This document shows positions 1 through 13,220 of a DNA stretch of 64,000 nucleotides, piece after piece (within the stretch, counting starts at the first letter, position 1; every line of letters starts with the position of its first letter). This stretch comes from Takakia lepidozioides. Its lineage: Eukaryota; Plantae; Bryophyta. The DNA is taken from assembly GCA_030704615.1 (NCBI GenBank), contig CM060732.1, forward strand, positions 78,058,001-78,122,000, written 5' to 3'. A model generated the notes under the pieces. It was not told where the DNA came from. It made no database searches and saw only the letters and a program-made list of their open reading frames with translations. Both the position numbers and the translations under genes were made by a program.

Positions 1-3000
1 ATTTCCTAAACATGTAGCATACCTATAGTGTGCAAACACAGACATACAATATATTTTAGATCCATATGCTGCTGCCACTTATTGTACATCTTACATGACA
101 AAACTAGACAAAACAATAACATCTGAATTACGTACAATTAACCAAAAATGTGTTGTTGACAAAGTAGATTCTGATACATGAAAAATAAAGTTGGTAATGC
201 TTTCTTAAATTCTCAACAAATGTCTGCCCAACTTGCAGCCTACTTAGTTTTATCACTTCCTTTGCATCACAGCTCTCGCTCATTTAAGTTTATTAATACC
301 TCACCATGTCAAAATAGGGCATTTGTGCTAAAACCTCAAAGTGCATTAGGAAAATTAGATCCACATTCCACTGACGTTATGTGTCCCTCTATTATAGATA
401 GGTACGTACGCAGACCTATGGAATTGGATTCTTTATCTTTAGCTGAATTTTCTTCATCATATAATATTATAAATAATAAATTTATCAAATAAAAAAAATG
501 AAAGTAATAAGATTTGTTCACTACAATAAATATAAAGATATAGAAAACTGGGCAAGAGAACACCTTCTTTTATACCATCATTTTCGAGGACGAGAAGAAC
601 AACAAATAGGTATTCATTACACATGGCATGAAGCATATTTCGAACATGCCCAATCTATATCACAAATAAAATCTCTTTTTACATATAAACTTCATGTACA
701 ACAGGACAACTCTAATGTTTGTTGGGATGACTTACAAACTTGTTCATTTGAATTGTCAAACCACCATAACCAAAACATGTGGACAAACATTGATCATCAA
801 AGCAATGACGAGGACAACATGCACTTTGCTATTCCAATAATAGATAATAGTAATACAAACAGATATAACATTCACGATGATTTTTACATTAGACCTCGTA
901 ATACACGCATAACATCCGTTCACAATGAAGATAACTCTTCTTTATCAAGATGCCCAACCCTAATGGATGAACAACAATTTCGTTGTCTTCTAAGAGAGCT
1001 TAATCCGGAACAAAGATGTATTTTTGACGACTGTATGTTCCGCAAAAGAGTACACCCCACTAAACCAATACATTTATTTCTAACAGGAGGTGCTGGTATA
1101 GGTAAAACATTTACATTAAAACTAATTATTCAAGGTTTATTACGATTATACAACCAACAGCTTGGGTCTGATCCCACTAAAATCAAAGCTATACTTATGG
1201 CTTATACAAGGAAGGCTGCATTTAACATTGATGGTTCCACTATACACTCCACAATATGTATACCGATAAATCAAAATTTAACACACATATCAAAACTATC
1301 ATCAGATACACTAAACAAATTGACAGCTCAATATGAACAACTACAACTTGCAGATATTGACGAAATATCCTTAGTCGGTAGCAAAATGTTTGAAGCCATT
1401 GACCAAAGATTACGATCTATTAAGCATATACATAACCATTTTTTTGGAAACTTAGATGTCGTAATGACTGGAGATTTCTACCAAGCTCCAGTAAGAGATA
1501 GATGGATATTTAAAAAACTGCAATCTGGACTAGACGCCCTTGCGCCCCACAGTTGACATACACATGTCAAATGCTATGAATTGCAAACAGTTATGCGTAA
1601 ATCTGATGACACATTTATTGAAATACTTAATTGGTTTCAAACAGCATCACAAACAATTGAAGATATAAATACCATAAATAGTCTATGCCTAAAGACTCCA
1701 CCCCTTACCCCAACACTACCATACATATACTACACTAACGAATTAACCCGTGCACATAATGATTATATTTTTTTCCATAACCTCAGGCCAAATTTATAAT
1801 TTCGAAGCTATTGATGTACGACATCATTCATGCCCTCCATTTCTAGATTTAAGCAAAGACCCATCCAAAACAGCGGGTCTCCACCATATCATCCGGTTAA
1901 AAAAAGATATGTTGGTGGAGCTATGTGCTGGCAACTATCAAACATCTGATGGTCTAGTGAATGGTGTAGATGGTACATTTCAAACAACAATATCTACCAA
2001 TAATAAAGACATCATTTGGATTGATTTTCAAAATCCAAAAATAGGATTACTCACTAGACATAAAAACCAACACTTTTATACTGACAATATAATCCCAACT
2101 TGGACTCCAATTGAACCTATCACAAAAGAAATTAGAATAGGAAACGTTGACTCTCATGTAATCACACGAATCCAATTTCCACTACAACCAGCTGCTGCAA
2201 GAACAATCCATCGATCTCAAGGTTTATCATTGGATGAAATGGCTTTTGATTCTACTAACGTTTGTAAACATGGCCTAACTTACAGAACACTTTCTCGTGT
2301 TCCCACCAAAGAAAAGTTATATCTTTTATCTCCAATGCACCAAACCAACTTCCGAGTTGATGACTCTGTAAATCACGAGATGCTCAGACTCAAATCAAAT
2401 GCAAAATGGGAACTACTAGTTCCTAACTTAAGTATATACCAATATTCCCATATCATAATTCAAGCTTTGAACACATCGTCTCTTCGTCAACATCACAAAG
2501 ACATCAACTCTGATCATAATTTATAATTATGTAACATCCTTTGCCTTACTGAAACAAGAGTTCATCACTCAACATCTGAGTTACAACAATACATAGATAC
2601 CACAAAATTTAATTATATAGGAGCTTATGATGGTCATGGCGCTCTTATGTTATACACAAAAAACATGACGCTTAATTATTCAGAAACATTAACATGTACT
2701 AGTTCAGAATACATAGCTGCCACTTTCAACATAAATACACGTAAAGCTATATGTCATATCTATATATAGATCACATTCTACATACACCAAACTATTTCTA
2801 AACTATCTTGAAACTTTCATTTTAAAAGCCCCTCCTCAATGCCCAACAATAATATTGGGAGACTTCAATATTGATTTGTTACATATCAATGACAATGACT
2901 TTGTAAATTCACAGTTACACAACTTTATGAATACGTATAAACTTCAGTCACAATTTCAAATGAGCACAACAAAGAGTGGCTCACAATTAGACCACATATG

Positions 3001-3100
3001 GGCAAATATGTTAGGGAAAGACTGTAAATCCGGTACCACAAAAGCATATTGGACCGACTATCACAAACCAATATACATCGCTTACAAACAATATTCCTAT
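1..3100 (+). mobile_element. Decayed Helentron-type rolling-circle transposon (Rep motif III + PIF1-family helicase + AP/EEP endonuclease), 5'-truncated by the window edge
   Basis: Broken reading frames give, in order: Rep motif III ANTDIQYILDPYAAATYCTSYMTK (~33-105); GNAFLNSQQMSAQLAAY; Walker A LTGGAGIGKT (~1080-1110); Walker B IDEIS; GDFYQ; DGLVNG; RIQFPLQPAAARTIHRSQG; then EEP motifs ILCLTETR, GDFNID, TTKSGSQLDHIW and TDYHKP. Multiple stops and frameshifts; AT-rich compared with the flanks. Confidence 0.9.
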
Positions 3101-3115
3101 TTTTGTATCGACGGC

Positions 3116-3195
3116 GGACTAGTGACTGTGGTGACTAGTGGTTGTCTAGTGGCAGCCTAATGGTGCACTAGTGGTGGACTAGTGATAGATTAGTG
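3116..3195. repeat. Short degenerate tandem array of (GA)CTAGTG(G) motifs at the Helentron 3' boundary
   Basis: ggactagtga, gactagtggt, gtctagtggc, cctaatggtg, cactagtggt, gactagtgat, gattagtg occur in series. Confidence 0.6.
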
Positions 3196-3373
3196 TTTGG
3201 TGTGCACATGTGTTGTGTGGTTTTGGACAGCGATGTAGTTGTGTAATGATATGTATGCGCACGACAGCTGTCAAGTTATTTTACCGCTAGTGTGAAGTTA
3301 GCTAGAAAATTCTCCTTTCATTTAAGCTCCCTCTCTTTTGCTGCAATGGATAGAGCCTCTTGCGGTTTACAAC

Positions 3374-3426
3374 TTGTTTGTGTTTGCAGTGCGTGTGCAA
3401 GCCTGGGAGCCCTGGAAAAGGGGAAA
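3374..3426 (+). pseudogene. Isolated fragment of a PPR L1 motif
   Basis: Translates VCVCSACASLGALEKGK, nearly identical to the L motifs (FVCACNACASLAALEKGK) of the PPR gene at 14-17 kb. No flanking PPR sequence. Confidence 0.75.
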
Positions 3427-3959
3427 CATTCCTCTCAACAGTCGTCCCTAGTAGTACAAAGCAAAGTAGCCCTAGGTCAATCCGCTAACCGGAGAGGCTC
3501 TGCCTATTGAAGCAACATTTTTGACAAGCTGTCACTTGGTTTATACTTTAAAGATGCAAATCTCTGCCATGAAGGGGCAGAGCCAACAAATTTTCACACA
3601 TTCTCCGTATCCAACAAATGGTCTAGTGGTCAGGCACAAGGCCAGCTTACTAGTGGTGGGGGGGTTTCGAAGCCACGGGTGTGTATGTTGGACATCATCC
3701 ATAATGACTGACCCCTTATAAGTGGAGATAACTGGGTCAACTGATTCATGTCAGGGTACTAGGGACTGTGGAGTCGTTAGGACTCTTTTGGGTGAAGTGA
3801 TCGAAGTCCTTTCTCACACATTTTCATGATTGTTGTTGTTGTGATAATTTGAGCTTACAAGGAAACCACAAGCCACAAACTTGAACGTCGTACACCTAAT
3901 CCTCACACATATTTTGGCCCTCATCGACACCCAACACTCACACAGCTCTACATCGCATA

Positions 3960-4560
3960 GTGTTGTGTAATAATCCACACAGCCAGCTCATCATATCGAT
4001 GGAGAACAGCTTCACGATCCTCTCAGCCATCCTCGAAAAGGAAGGAGAAGGAGCGAATTTTATAGCGTTCAAAATGCTAACAATGAGACAACAGATCGAC
4101 TGTTGGCACATGAGAATGATCAGCGGATCTAATGAATGACTTGCAGCAGCTGCTTACTCGGATATCCCAAACCTTATCAGCTTCCAACATCCAGAACCTG
4201 GCCAGCCCAATCTCCGACTGCCAATGTCCCAGCGTACTCTCCACTCCCTCCATAACAGCTTACATAAAAGATCAAGCCTTGGGCTTCGCTGTCCACTGCA
4301 TACTAATTCTCCATCACTTGCGCTCACAACTCCATTATCTGGAAGTCTGCAGGGCCGGATTCATGTGAATGGCCCACCAGCCAACCATCCGATTGACGAA
4401 ATCGATGTTCCCTCCGGCTAGATGATGGAGCCCTCGCAAGACTTTGAACCGTGAAATCAACTGGAAGCTTCAGTACTTCAGGGAGGTTTGCACACATCGT
4501 CTTCACTTCGAGGATTGAATTGCGGGCCATGACAAAGTTGGCTGTTTGGCTTGTCTCTGT
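3960..4560 (-). pseudogene. Probable decayed F-box gene
   Basis: Minus strand gives the F-box-like LPEVLKLPVDFTVQSLARAP and, in another frame, VVSASDGELVC...LWREWRV, resembling the ASxDGLxC...NPLTREWRxLP motifs of plant F-box-associated domains. Stops and frameshifts present. Confidence 0.4.
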
Positions 4561-5410
4561 CATGGTGTAGATTTTCAGGCTGTTAGCTGCATACTTTTCC
4601 AGTGGCTGCCTAGGTATAGTCTCTGCTTCTGCGAGGCTTCTGCAGTACTGTACCGTATTTGATTCTTCCATGTCCAAGACCGAGTCCATCCCTCGTCGGC
4701 AACCACCGACGCGCGGGCCACGGAGGACCCGCGACATAGACGGGAAAGGCCCGCATTACCGTTGCCGTCGCGCCGCCCTTTCTGTAACTGGGGAATGGGC
4801 CCCGCTGTGGCCCCCTCTGGCGGGGAAGAGTTTCGGTGAGCCCGCATGCTGTTTCTTCCTTTGTCTGTTTGATTCATTTCATGGATTGTCCTTGGGAATT
4901 TCCTAGGGGAAGTCAAGGTTTTGGATTTGCCATCGAGCCCTTTACGGTGGGGAAGCCACCGGTAGAACTTTGGTGAGCTCGGATCCTGATCTGTTTTTAT
5001 ATGTTTTGAAGAGGCCTGTCATTTCATGGAATGAAAGTCCTGTAGGATGTCCCTTACGCTTGGGAATGGGACCCGCCCAGGCCATAATAAACAAAATTAT
5101 CGGGAATTCAAACATGTAAGTCTAGTGTCACCTGATACGATAGTGCGGGAGGAACGGAGAGGGAAGCATGACATTGGACTTCCTGAATTCGGACATGAAC
5201 AGATAGAGGAGGGAACAGTGAAGAAGCAACACAATTAGAGCTCACAAAGAGATGTAGATCAGAGCTCACAATCGAGGGAGATTGGGCGAAGATTCTATTG
5301 AGGTGCTACTTAGCTTGTCACGGATCGGGGAAGAATCTCCTCGACTTGTGAGTCTCCTTTGGATTTGACCACTATTCCGATGCTGCAATTGAGCTAGGGT
5401 GGGGCTTCTG

Positions 5411-8400
5411 ATGACAACGTTGGCGAACACATATCTGTCCCTGCTCTTGCTTGCTTGTTCTCTAACTCTCGGCAATGCAACCAATCCAGATGGTATGTTC
5501 TCATTACCAGTGCTTTTTTGCTCCCTTTCTTCTCCCAACCCTCCCTCCCTAGACCGTCCTCCCAACTTTGGCGAAGGGGCGACGTCTGTTTCATGACCTT
5601 AATCTTATCCTGTGACGATTACAGATGCCAACACTCCTCCCATCTTTCTCGTATCCGTTATTTTCCGCGTAAAGAGAACTCACTCGCTTTACTAAATTCA
5701 GTAGACAAAGAGAAATCTTAAAATTTACGGGCCCAAAAAATCTTTACCTAATCTCATACGCGAATGTGGCAGATGACTGAGGAGTTTTCTCTGGAGAAGG
5801 GGCAAAGAGGGACATGCAAATTTTACTAGTATTTGGAACGAGCAGCTGATCAATCAATATAATCGTACTCGAGTTGCTTTTTCTGTAGAATATTCTGTAG
5901 AATAATGGCAATTCATGGCCAGTTCAGATCGGAGAGTTATTTGTGTATCTCAGCTTTCTCTCTCAATCCAGGAATCAGCTGTGCTCATATCTTCGGTGGA
6001 CAAGAATACATTGGTTGATATACCGATGCGTGGCATGTTTTGGTTCTATACAGTGGACGCCCTTATTGCACTAATGCAAGTGCTCTCTTCTGCGAATAAT
6101 GTTTTCTCGACTTGGCAACCATCGGATGCGCAGAATCCATGTCATTGGAGAAACATCGAGTGCTCACCACAAAATGGAGTGGTGTATTTGTAAGTATAAG
6201 CATATGTGCAGTCACACCACCTCTCTTCTTGTTGATGCTGTTTCGACTGTCATTCTCTTCACGTATGAAGCACAGGTGTATAGAGAGAGACATTCTAGAC
6301 AACCTTGTGATTGGTATTTTGGCCCTGCATTTGGTTCGATAATCGTTGGTCCGATGATGGCCAGTAAAATATTGTCATATCTCTTGTATCTCTTTGCATT
6401 CTTAGCAATATTTCTCTGTCAGAAGATTAGTCTTAATATCTTCTGAGACATCTAACATTGTCGTGTCCGGGAAGAAACCTTAGTGGATGTGGAATTTCGG
6501 GGACCCTTCCTGCAGAGATTGGCAATCTTACTTCACTCGAATTTTTGTGAGTTTTTCAAAACTACGAACCTATGCAGTTCAAAATGCACAGTTTCATCAA
6601 CATCTGCTTTTTCATCTTTAGGGTACAAGAAAGTCTTAATGAGTGTCTTCAACAGCACTGGTCTTTGGACCAACCTTCAGAATGCATGAAACGGAAAATG
6701 TGGTCTCTGGACCTCAATGAAGGGGCAGAAATAATTTACTCATCAGTTGACTGTTCCCTATAAACCGTTATTGATTTCAGCCTACCAAGCTAACCCAGTG
6801 TCAACCCGGTGTACAGTTGGAAATAATCCGGTTGTAGGAAAAGTCTTGATGATTTAAGGGCTGGTGTTGACTTGTGGCTGTGGTTGAAGCTAAATCACAC
6901 CACTGAAAGAGAAAGAAATGAAATGGTTCTTTATAACGTCCGCGGAAAGAAGAAATGTAGGATTGAATTCTAACGTCCATTGAAAGTAGCCCAAAGGTAT
7001 CGAGGGAGCGGGAGAGCGGGATAAGCTTCACATCGGGAAATCTAACAAGCATACCTTCTATGGCTGTCCATGGCAGGGACCTCTCCAACAATTCTTTCAG
7101 TGGCCCTATTCCACCTGAACTTGGGAATTTAAGTGAGCTACGGACCCTGTAAGTTATTAACCACATCATTGTTTTGTCCTCTCAACCCTGTCCTCATCTT
7201 TCCCTCCTGGGAGCACATGCATTCTTAGATAAGGTGAAGGGATGAGTTGAAACGGAAGAGGCCCAGGGAAGGAAGGTCCCATACGTCTGTAGTCTGTACC
7301 TTCAAATACTGATTAGTACAATTTCTTACAGAACTAGATCATCTTTGAAACATGATCATATGTCAGGGACCTGCACAAGAATAATTTCAATGGCAGCATT
7401 CCTATCAAGTTTGACAATCTCAGCAATCTCCAGCTATTGTAAGTGACCAAACTCACGTATTTTTTTCCCTTTCCTTTTCTTTTGGCAGGAGAAGGATTTC
7501 TTTCTGGTTTTAATGATTCTGCTGTGTCCATGGACCCTCGGGCATCTTGTGGACTTAGTACCATAGGGCCCACCCCCAAAAGAGGGCAGTAGCCGTAAGG
7601 CAAGTGGCTCATAGTTACGCCGGCTTTTGGCTGGAGTCTTCTCTCTGGTCTTAGTGATTTTCTTTGTTTCTCTCTCTGCCATTTCTGTCCCCTCAGATAA
7701 AGTACCTAGATATGTTACTCCTTGCCGAGAGCACTTCTTCTGTTCTTTGTGTACCACAGTAGCTGTTTCATGGAAGTTGCTACCGGTTCTGGGTTCGTTT
7801 TCACAGATACACATCAAGTGGTGACTCTAACGTAGAGAATCTTCGCTGGTATTTGTTATTTATGCAGAAATCTATCCTACAATCAGCTAAAGGGTGTCTT
7901 TGTGGCCAGCAACCAAATTGCGCAATTCTCTGAAACCTCGTACGTGTTCTTTCTCACCTTGCCTCAGTAACACAAGCTGACTATTCTGGTTTCGGCAGGA
8001 GATTGAAACAAGCAAAAAAAGACCACTTGACTCCCTGACCTTGGGCCTTGATTCGAAGGAGCTGGCTGCAAATGCTGCGGAAAACTCTTTTGGGTCTGTC
8101 TTGCCTGTATGGTCATATCTCATGGAGCATTGATATTGACAGCCAATACGTGTAGGAAGAGTCCTCTTAATTTCCTGCTCTGCTTAGTGGAAATGGTCAC
8201 ATGACATCGGGGTTTTGTCCTGTTGGCGACTAGGATCTTGTCTTCTTCATGTTGACTTGTAATCCGAAATGAAATGATAGTTTATAATGTCCTTGGAAAT
8301 TATGAGACGAAAAAGCATGAAACAAGAAAGAGACAGGGGCCCTCCACAAGCAGCCCAAAAAGAGAGAAAAAGAAACATAACGTCACAGAGAGCTTATGAG

Positions 8401-11400
8401 GTTGAGAGAAGACTCTGACAATTAGAACAATTTGACGTTATTCATGGATGCCAAGCGGATAGACAATGCTTGATATGTATGATATTTTACTCTGTCCAGT
8501 TCTGATAGTATTTTAAACTAAGAGAAACTAAGAGTACGACTAGTCTGTCTAAGAGTAACTAAGAGTCATCTTCACATGTTTGATCAGGTTTGAAGGCAAC
8601 TCAGGATTGTGCGTCGAGACGGTAACACATGAATGTACTCAGTTTTCTGCTTACTTACTCTAGGATTCTTCCTTGCAAAATCCCTTCTTATAGAGGATGC
8701 ATTTCTGCGTCTGAGGTTTTCCATTAAAGAATGCTCTTTTGTTGTTTCTAGTTCTGTGCACTACAGTACTCCGATGGATTTGTGTCAGAGGATAGTCTAT
8801 CTGATTGGATATTACATTGTCCCCATTTGCTCAAACACTCTCTTCCCATTACATGGCAGGTGTTGGACGAGGCAGGATCAAACCTGGCAAATTGGTTGGA
8901 ATTGTGCTTGCAGCAGGAGCAGTCTTTTTAACCATTCTTGTAGGGGTGATTCTCTGGCGGAATAAACCACGTATCTTTTCTTTGCTGCGTGCTGACAGTA
9001 AGCTGCACATGTTGCCCAACCTCTATGGCTTGATGTTTGCAATAGCAGAACCACATTGCTATCCGCTGAGGCAACTTGGGTTGCTCATCTGTTTTGTACA
9101 GGGAGCCAATTTCAACACTTTGCAAAAGCAAAACCAGACTGCTATTTTCTGGGTCGCTCCTGTTTTGTGTATAGGGAGCTTGCAGCCAGCCATTTCCAGC
9201 ACTTCTAATTGTGCCTACGTGACGACCAAAAAATTCTTCATATTTAACTCAAACTTGGATCTTGGCCATGTCTTGTACATATTTGGCAGATGACTTGCTG
9301 GACCGTGACACAACCAATGTGGAGCACTACAGATTGCGGCAAATCATGGTAGCCACAGAGCAATTTAATGACTCCCACATATTGTGCAAAAGTACAACTG
9401 GAGTGGTCTACAAGGGAGCCATTGACAAGGGCCCAATGCTTGCATTCAAACGCCTTAGTAATGCGCCTAAGAAGGTAAGGAGCTTTTTGTTCAGGAAATG
9501 TTGAGCTGTTTCTGGACACCACTATCATTGGCCCATGTTCTCTCTTTCTTTCCCCCCTTCTTGCATCTTTCCATGATCCAGAGATGAGACGTACGGTGTC
9601 TATAAGGCGTGGTTCTTGTGATGTGAGGAACACTAACTCAATAGCATTGGACTGGAATTGTAGAGTCAGCACACATTTGATGGAGAAGTGGAGGTGATAT
9701 CGAGGGCAAGTCATAGGAATGTGGCAAATCTTGTGGGCTATTGCTCTACTCTCCAAGAGAAGATTCTTGTGTTTGAGTATTATCCCAGAGGCAGCCTTGA
9801 TTCAGTTCTTCACGGTGAGTCAGACTACTGAGGAAGGGGACATCCTTGTGGGATGTAAGTTAAGCACATTGTAGGTTCTGTAACACATATGATCTGCAAT
9901 GGGTTCAACTCAATTTACTGTGAGGTTACGCAATTTGGTATGATAAGGCAAGCCCTCCCCTGGTTCTATGTTGACTAGCAGGATTCAAAAATCTCAGGAA
10001 GGAAAAGACCTCCCAACATCCGGCATCCTAAAAGTGCCATGTAAATTAACCTGCATTATGTCGTTTGCCAGGTGGAATATTTCCTTCTGTAAACCTCCTT
10101 AAGCAGGTTAAGGCCATGGGTCAATGATAAATCCTGACTGTAGTGGTGCACGCATCCATGGATATTGATATGACTGCCACTGATTAGTAGATCGACTCTT
10201 CACTTTTGCTTGGTAGGGATTGGAGTGGGACCTTTAGATGCCGTGTGAGAGAATTTAGGAGGAGAATGCAGCTTTCTGAAGCTGTTGTACACGAAGAGTA
10301 CATCTCAAAAGTAAAATTTTGGGATTTTGTTGTTTCAGGGCATCGGCAAAGTGAGTTCCCACCACTGGGTTGGGAGGAGAGGAAATGCATATTGCTGGGA
10401 GTAGCAAAAGGCCTTGCTTATTTGCACGGCTCAAACCCCAAAGTAGTGCACAGTGCAGTGAAGGCCAACAATGTGCTACTTGGAAGTGACCTCACTCCCA
10501 AGCTCACTGACTTCAGTATTGGCCATTCCCTGCAAAGAGGAGCGGTCCCTTCCCTTGCTGGTGATGAGTGGGCAGTGATGGGATACATGGCTCCTGGTAC
10601 AATTCACTTGAAATGTCAGTTGGTCCCTTCCATGTCTTTCTAGCTCAAAGTTCATATATGTTTCCTTTACTTGTTTTTGTTCATTCGATGCACAAGAGCT
10701 GGGTGAGGGATCTAATTAGAATGTGCTTGCAAGAGAGTCATAAATCCCCATGCCTGGTTTGGTTGGAGGAGAAAGAAGGGAGTTGGGGAAGTTGACAGCT
10801 GCATCCAGAAAGCACTCTATGGCCCTCAATGTAGACCCAAGGAGGGTGATAGTTTCTGGCATTTTCTCAACTTGCAGTTAAAGTCTTCTCTATCCTCTCA
10901 AAGACACCCAGGGTTGGAGATCCAGAAGAAGAAAGGAATTTGTTATGCCCCTGAAGGGCAGGCTCCAGAGACCTTTCGGACTCTCCGGGATAACATAAGA
11001 CAGGAAAGATTGTGTCGAATTCAGGGAGTTGGAGTTCCCTCATACAGATAATAGAAAGAGGTTGGTACAAGGATAAAATTTCATAGATGATGGAAGCTAA
11101 TTTCTTGGATGTTTTTTTTCCAGAAATAATAGGGAGCGAGAATCATTCATCAGAGAGTGATTGTTATAGCTATGGCTTCTTACTGGTGGAGGTTGTGAGT
11201 GGGAGACGACCATGGCAGCTTCTATCACTGGCTAAAGATGCCCACTATGACCAGCTCCGTGATTGGGTCAGTTTTATTACTTTTTCCTTGTTATTTTACT
11301 GTCGATGACAAATGCAGGTTTTGCAGTCTACTGACCTTTGGATTCACACGCTCTAGATGAACATGCTGTGAACTGTTGAATTTTTTTGGGTAACAAGATT

Positions 11401-12072
11401 CACTAAGTTCATTCATGCTTTGGGAGTTATTGACAGTCAGGTGTCGGTGTGACAAATGTCTTGTGTCTAATCTACTCCAGAGCTCACTGAGGTGACATTA
11501 CAAGCTTGTGTTACACAGGACCAAAGATCAGAGGCTCCAATTTGTCATCTCATAAAACTTACTAGATGAGGTCGATTGTATCACACTCTTCCACTCTTGG
11601 GCAAGGTTCTAGTGCTGTGCAGCAGTTAAAACAGCTGACTGACAGGGTACAACTGAACAGAGGTGTGAGTGTGGATCCATAAGAAGAGTCTTTTGCATCA
11701 GAAGGAACTCACTAGGATGTTCCCATGTGCACTGTAAATTTCTGGAGAACGCAGGTAAGGGGGTCATACGCAAGGGAGGATCTGGTCGACCTCATTGACG
11801 CGGAGCTCAGACATCCTCCCTTATGGGAAGTCAAGAAGATATTGGAGCTTGCAGCGACGTGCATGGATAACGACCCTTTTCTCAGACCTCCTATGAATGA
11901 GGTCATTGAATACTTGGTCGAAGAGGTTCTCATCCCAAGTCGATCGACTGACTTCGATAGTTTGTTCATTGACATAGTCATGCATCCTCAGAACAGCTTT
12001 CAATTAACCCCCAAATCAGAGAGTAGCTTTCGACAGACAAGCCTCTCTCCTTTGAGCATTGCCAACAAATAG
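5411..12072 (+). CDS. LRR receptor-like kinase, SERK/LRR-II-like exon architecture, predicted pseudokinase
   Basis: GT-AG exons: 5411-5492 (signal peptide), 6054-6189 (LRRNT, W..NPCHWRNIEC), four 72-nt LRR exons 6475-6546, 7077-7148, 7367-7438, 7868-7939, then 8588-~8634 (FEGNSGLC), 8860-8970 (TM LVGIVLAAGAVFLTILVGVILW). Kinase exons 9290-9474, 9664-9814, 10339-10596, 11124-11266, 11755-12072. Confidence 0.9.
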
Positions 12073-12203
12073 AACACGGTTCTGTGATGTCAACGACACG
12101 ATGGAATTAGTCCTGGGACTTCGAAAGACAATACCAGGCTCCGTCACACATTTGGGATCCGAAGAATAATCTGCATGAAGGCTGGTAGCAGTGAAGGAGG
12201 GGC

Positions 12204-12470
12204 GCTTGGAACTATAAAGACTTAAAGGGATACCTCCGAATATTTGCCAACATCGAATCGAGCTCGAAGTGGACACTAAACCTGTTCGACAGAACAGCTA
12301 TCGCATGCATCCCAACTCTGCAGCTAAAGTCTGGGAAGAAATTAAGAAACTGCTGGATGCAGGATTCATCTACCCCAGTGGAAACACCTCAATGGTTATC
12401 ACCCCTTGTGGTAGTACCAAAGAAGAATGGCAACTGCGAGGGTGTGTGGAAGTGGACCAAAAACTGTGTA
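12204..12470 (+). mobile_element. Ty3/Gypsy pol fragment (pre-RT/RT N-terminus)
   Basis: AWNYKDLKGIPPNICQHRIELEVDTKPVRQNSYRMHPNSAAKVWEEIKKLLDAGFIYP, then a frameshifted W.SP.VVVPKKNG-like segment. This is typical of plant Gypsy pol. Confidence 0.85.
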
Positions 12471-13220
12471 ACATAGATTGACAATAAAGTGTCAGGACAT
12501 ATCTGCACATTGTCTCGTCTCTCCTCCGATTCAAAGTAAAAACATACAAAGATTTGCTCAGGCCCGACTGGATACTCGTATGTATGAATGTTGGCGATGT
12601 ATAAAAGAAAGTAAGCCATCCTGTTTAGGGCTCTGCCAAATCACAAATCTAATCCAATTTGCATGATAACACTTACTGATTGCGAAGAGAAATGAATTTT
12701 ATAACGTCCCCAGAAAGCTCAAAGATGAGAGAGAGAGAGGGAGACAGAGATGCGTAGTACATGGCGAGAGGAAGAGAGAGACTGCAATCCGTAATGAATG
12801 GGAATGGAGTTGGGCCAGTACAATGCGCGAGCTGCAGGGGGATCGCAACCGTATCTATATTGTAAGCAGATCTAACCAGTCTCAGGACAGCAGCTTCTAA
12901 AACCATCACATGGAAAGCAGCAGCGCAGGTCGCAAAAGTTGGAGAAGGAGGAGCCGTGGCAGCGAGCACAGTAAGCATGGCAGGGGTGGCATCATCTACA
13001 TTCTCCCCCGAGGCTACTGTGCTTGTAAGACTGGCCCTCTTCTCAGAACATCAAAAGCGTGTGAGAGGTACACTCTGTACGGGACCTTTGTGCATTGTGG
13101 GAACTGCATTTGTATTGAGATTTTCTTCAACCAGTTTCAAGCCAATTATGGGGCAATGGAAACCAGTAGGGGAGGAGCAAGTTCATTGGCATGGGGATGA
13201 GCAAGAAGGCCGTGACACGC

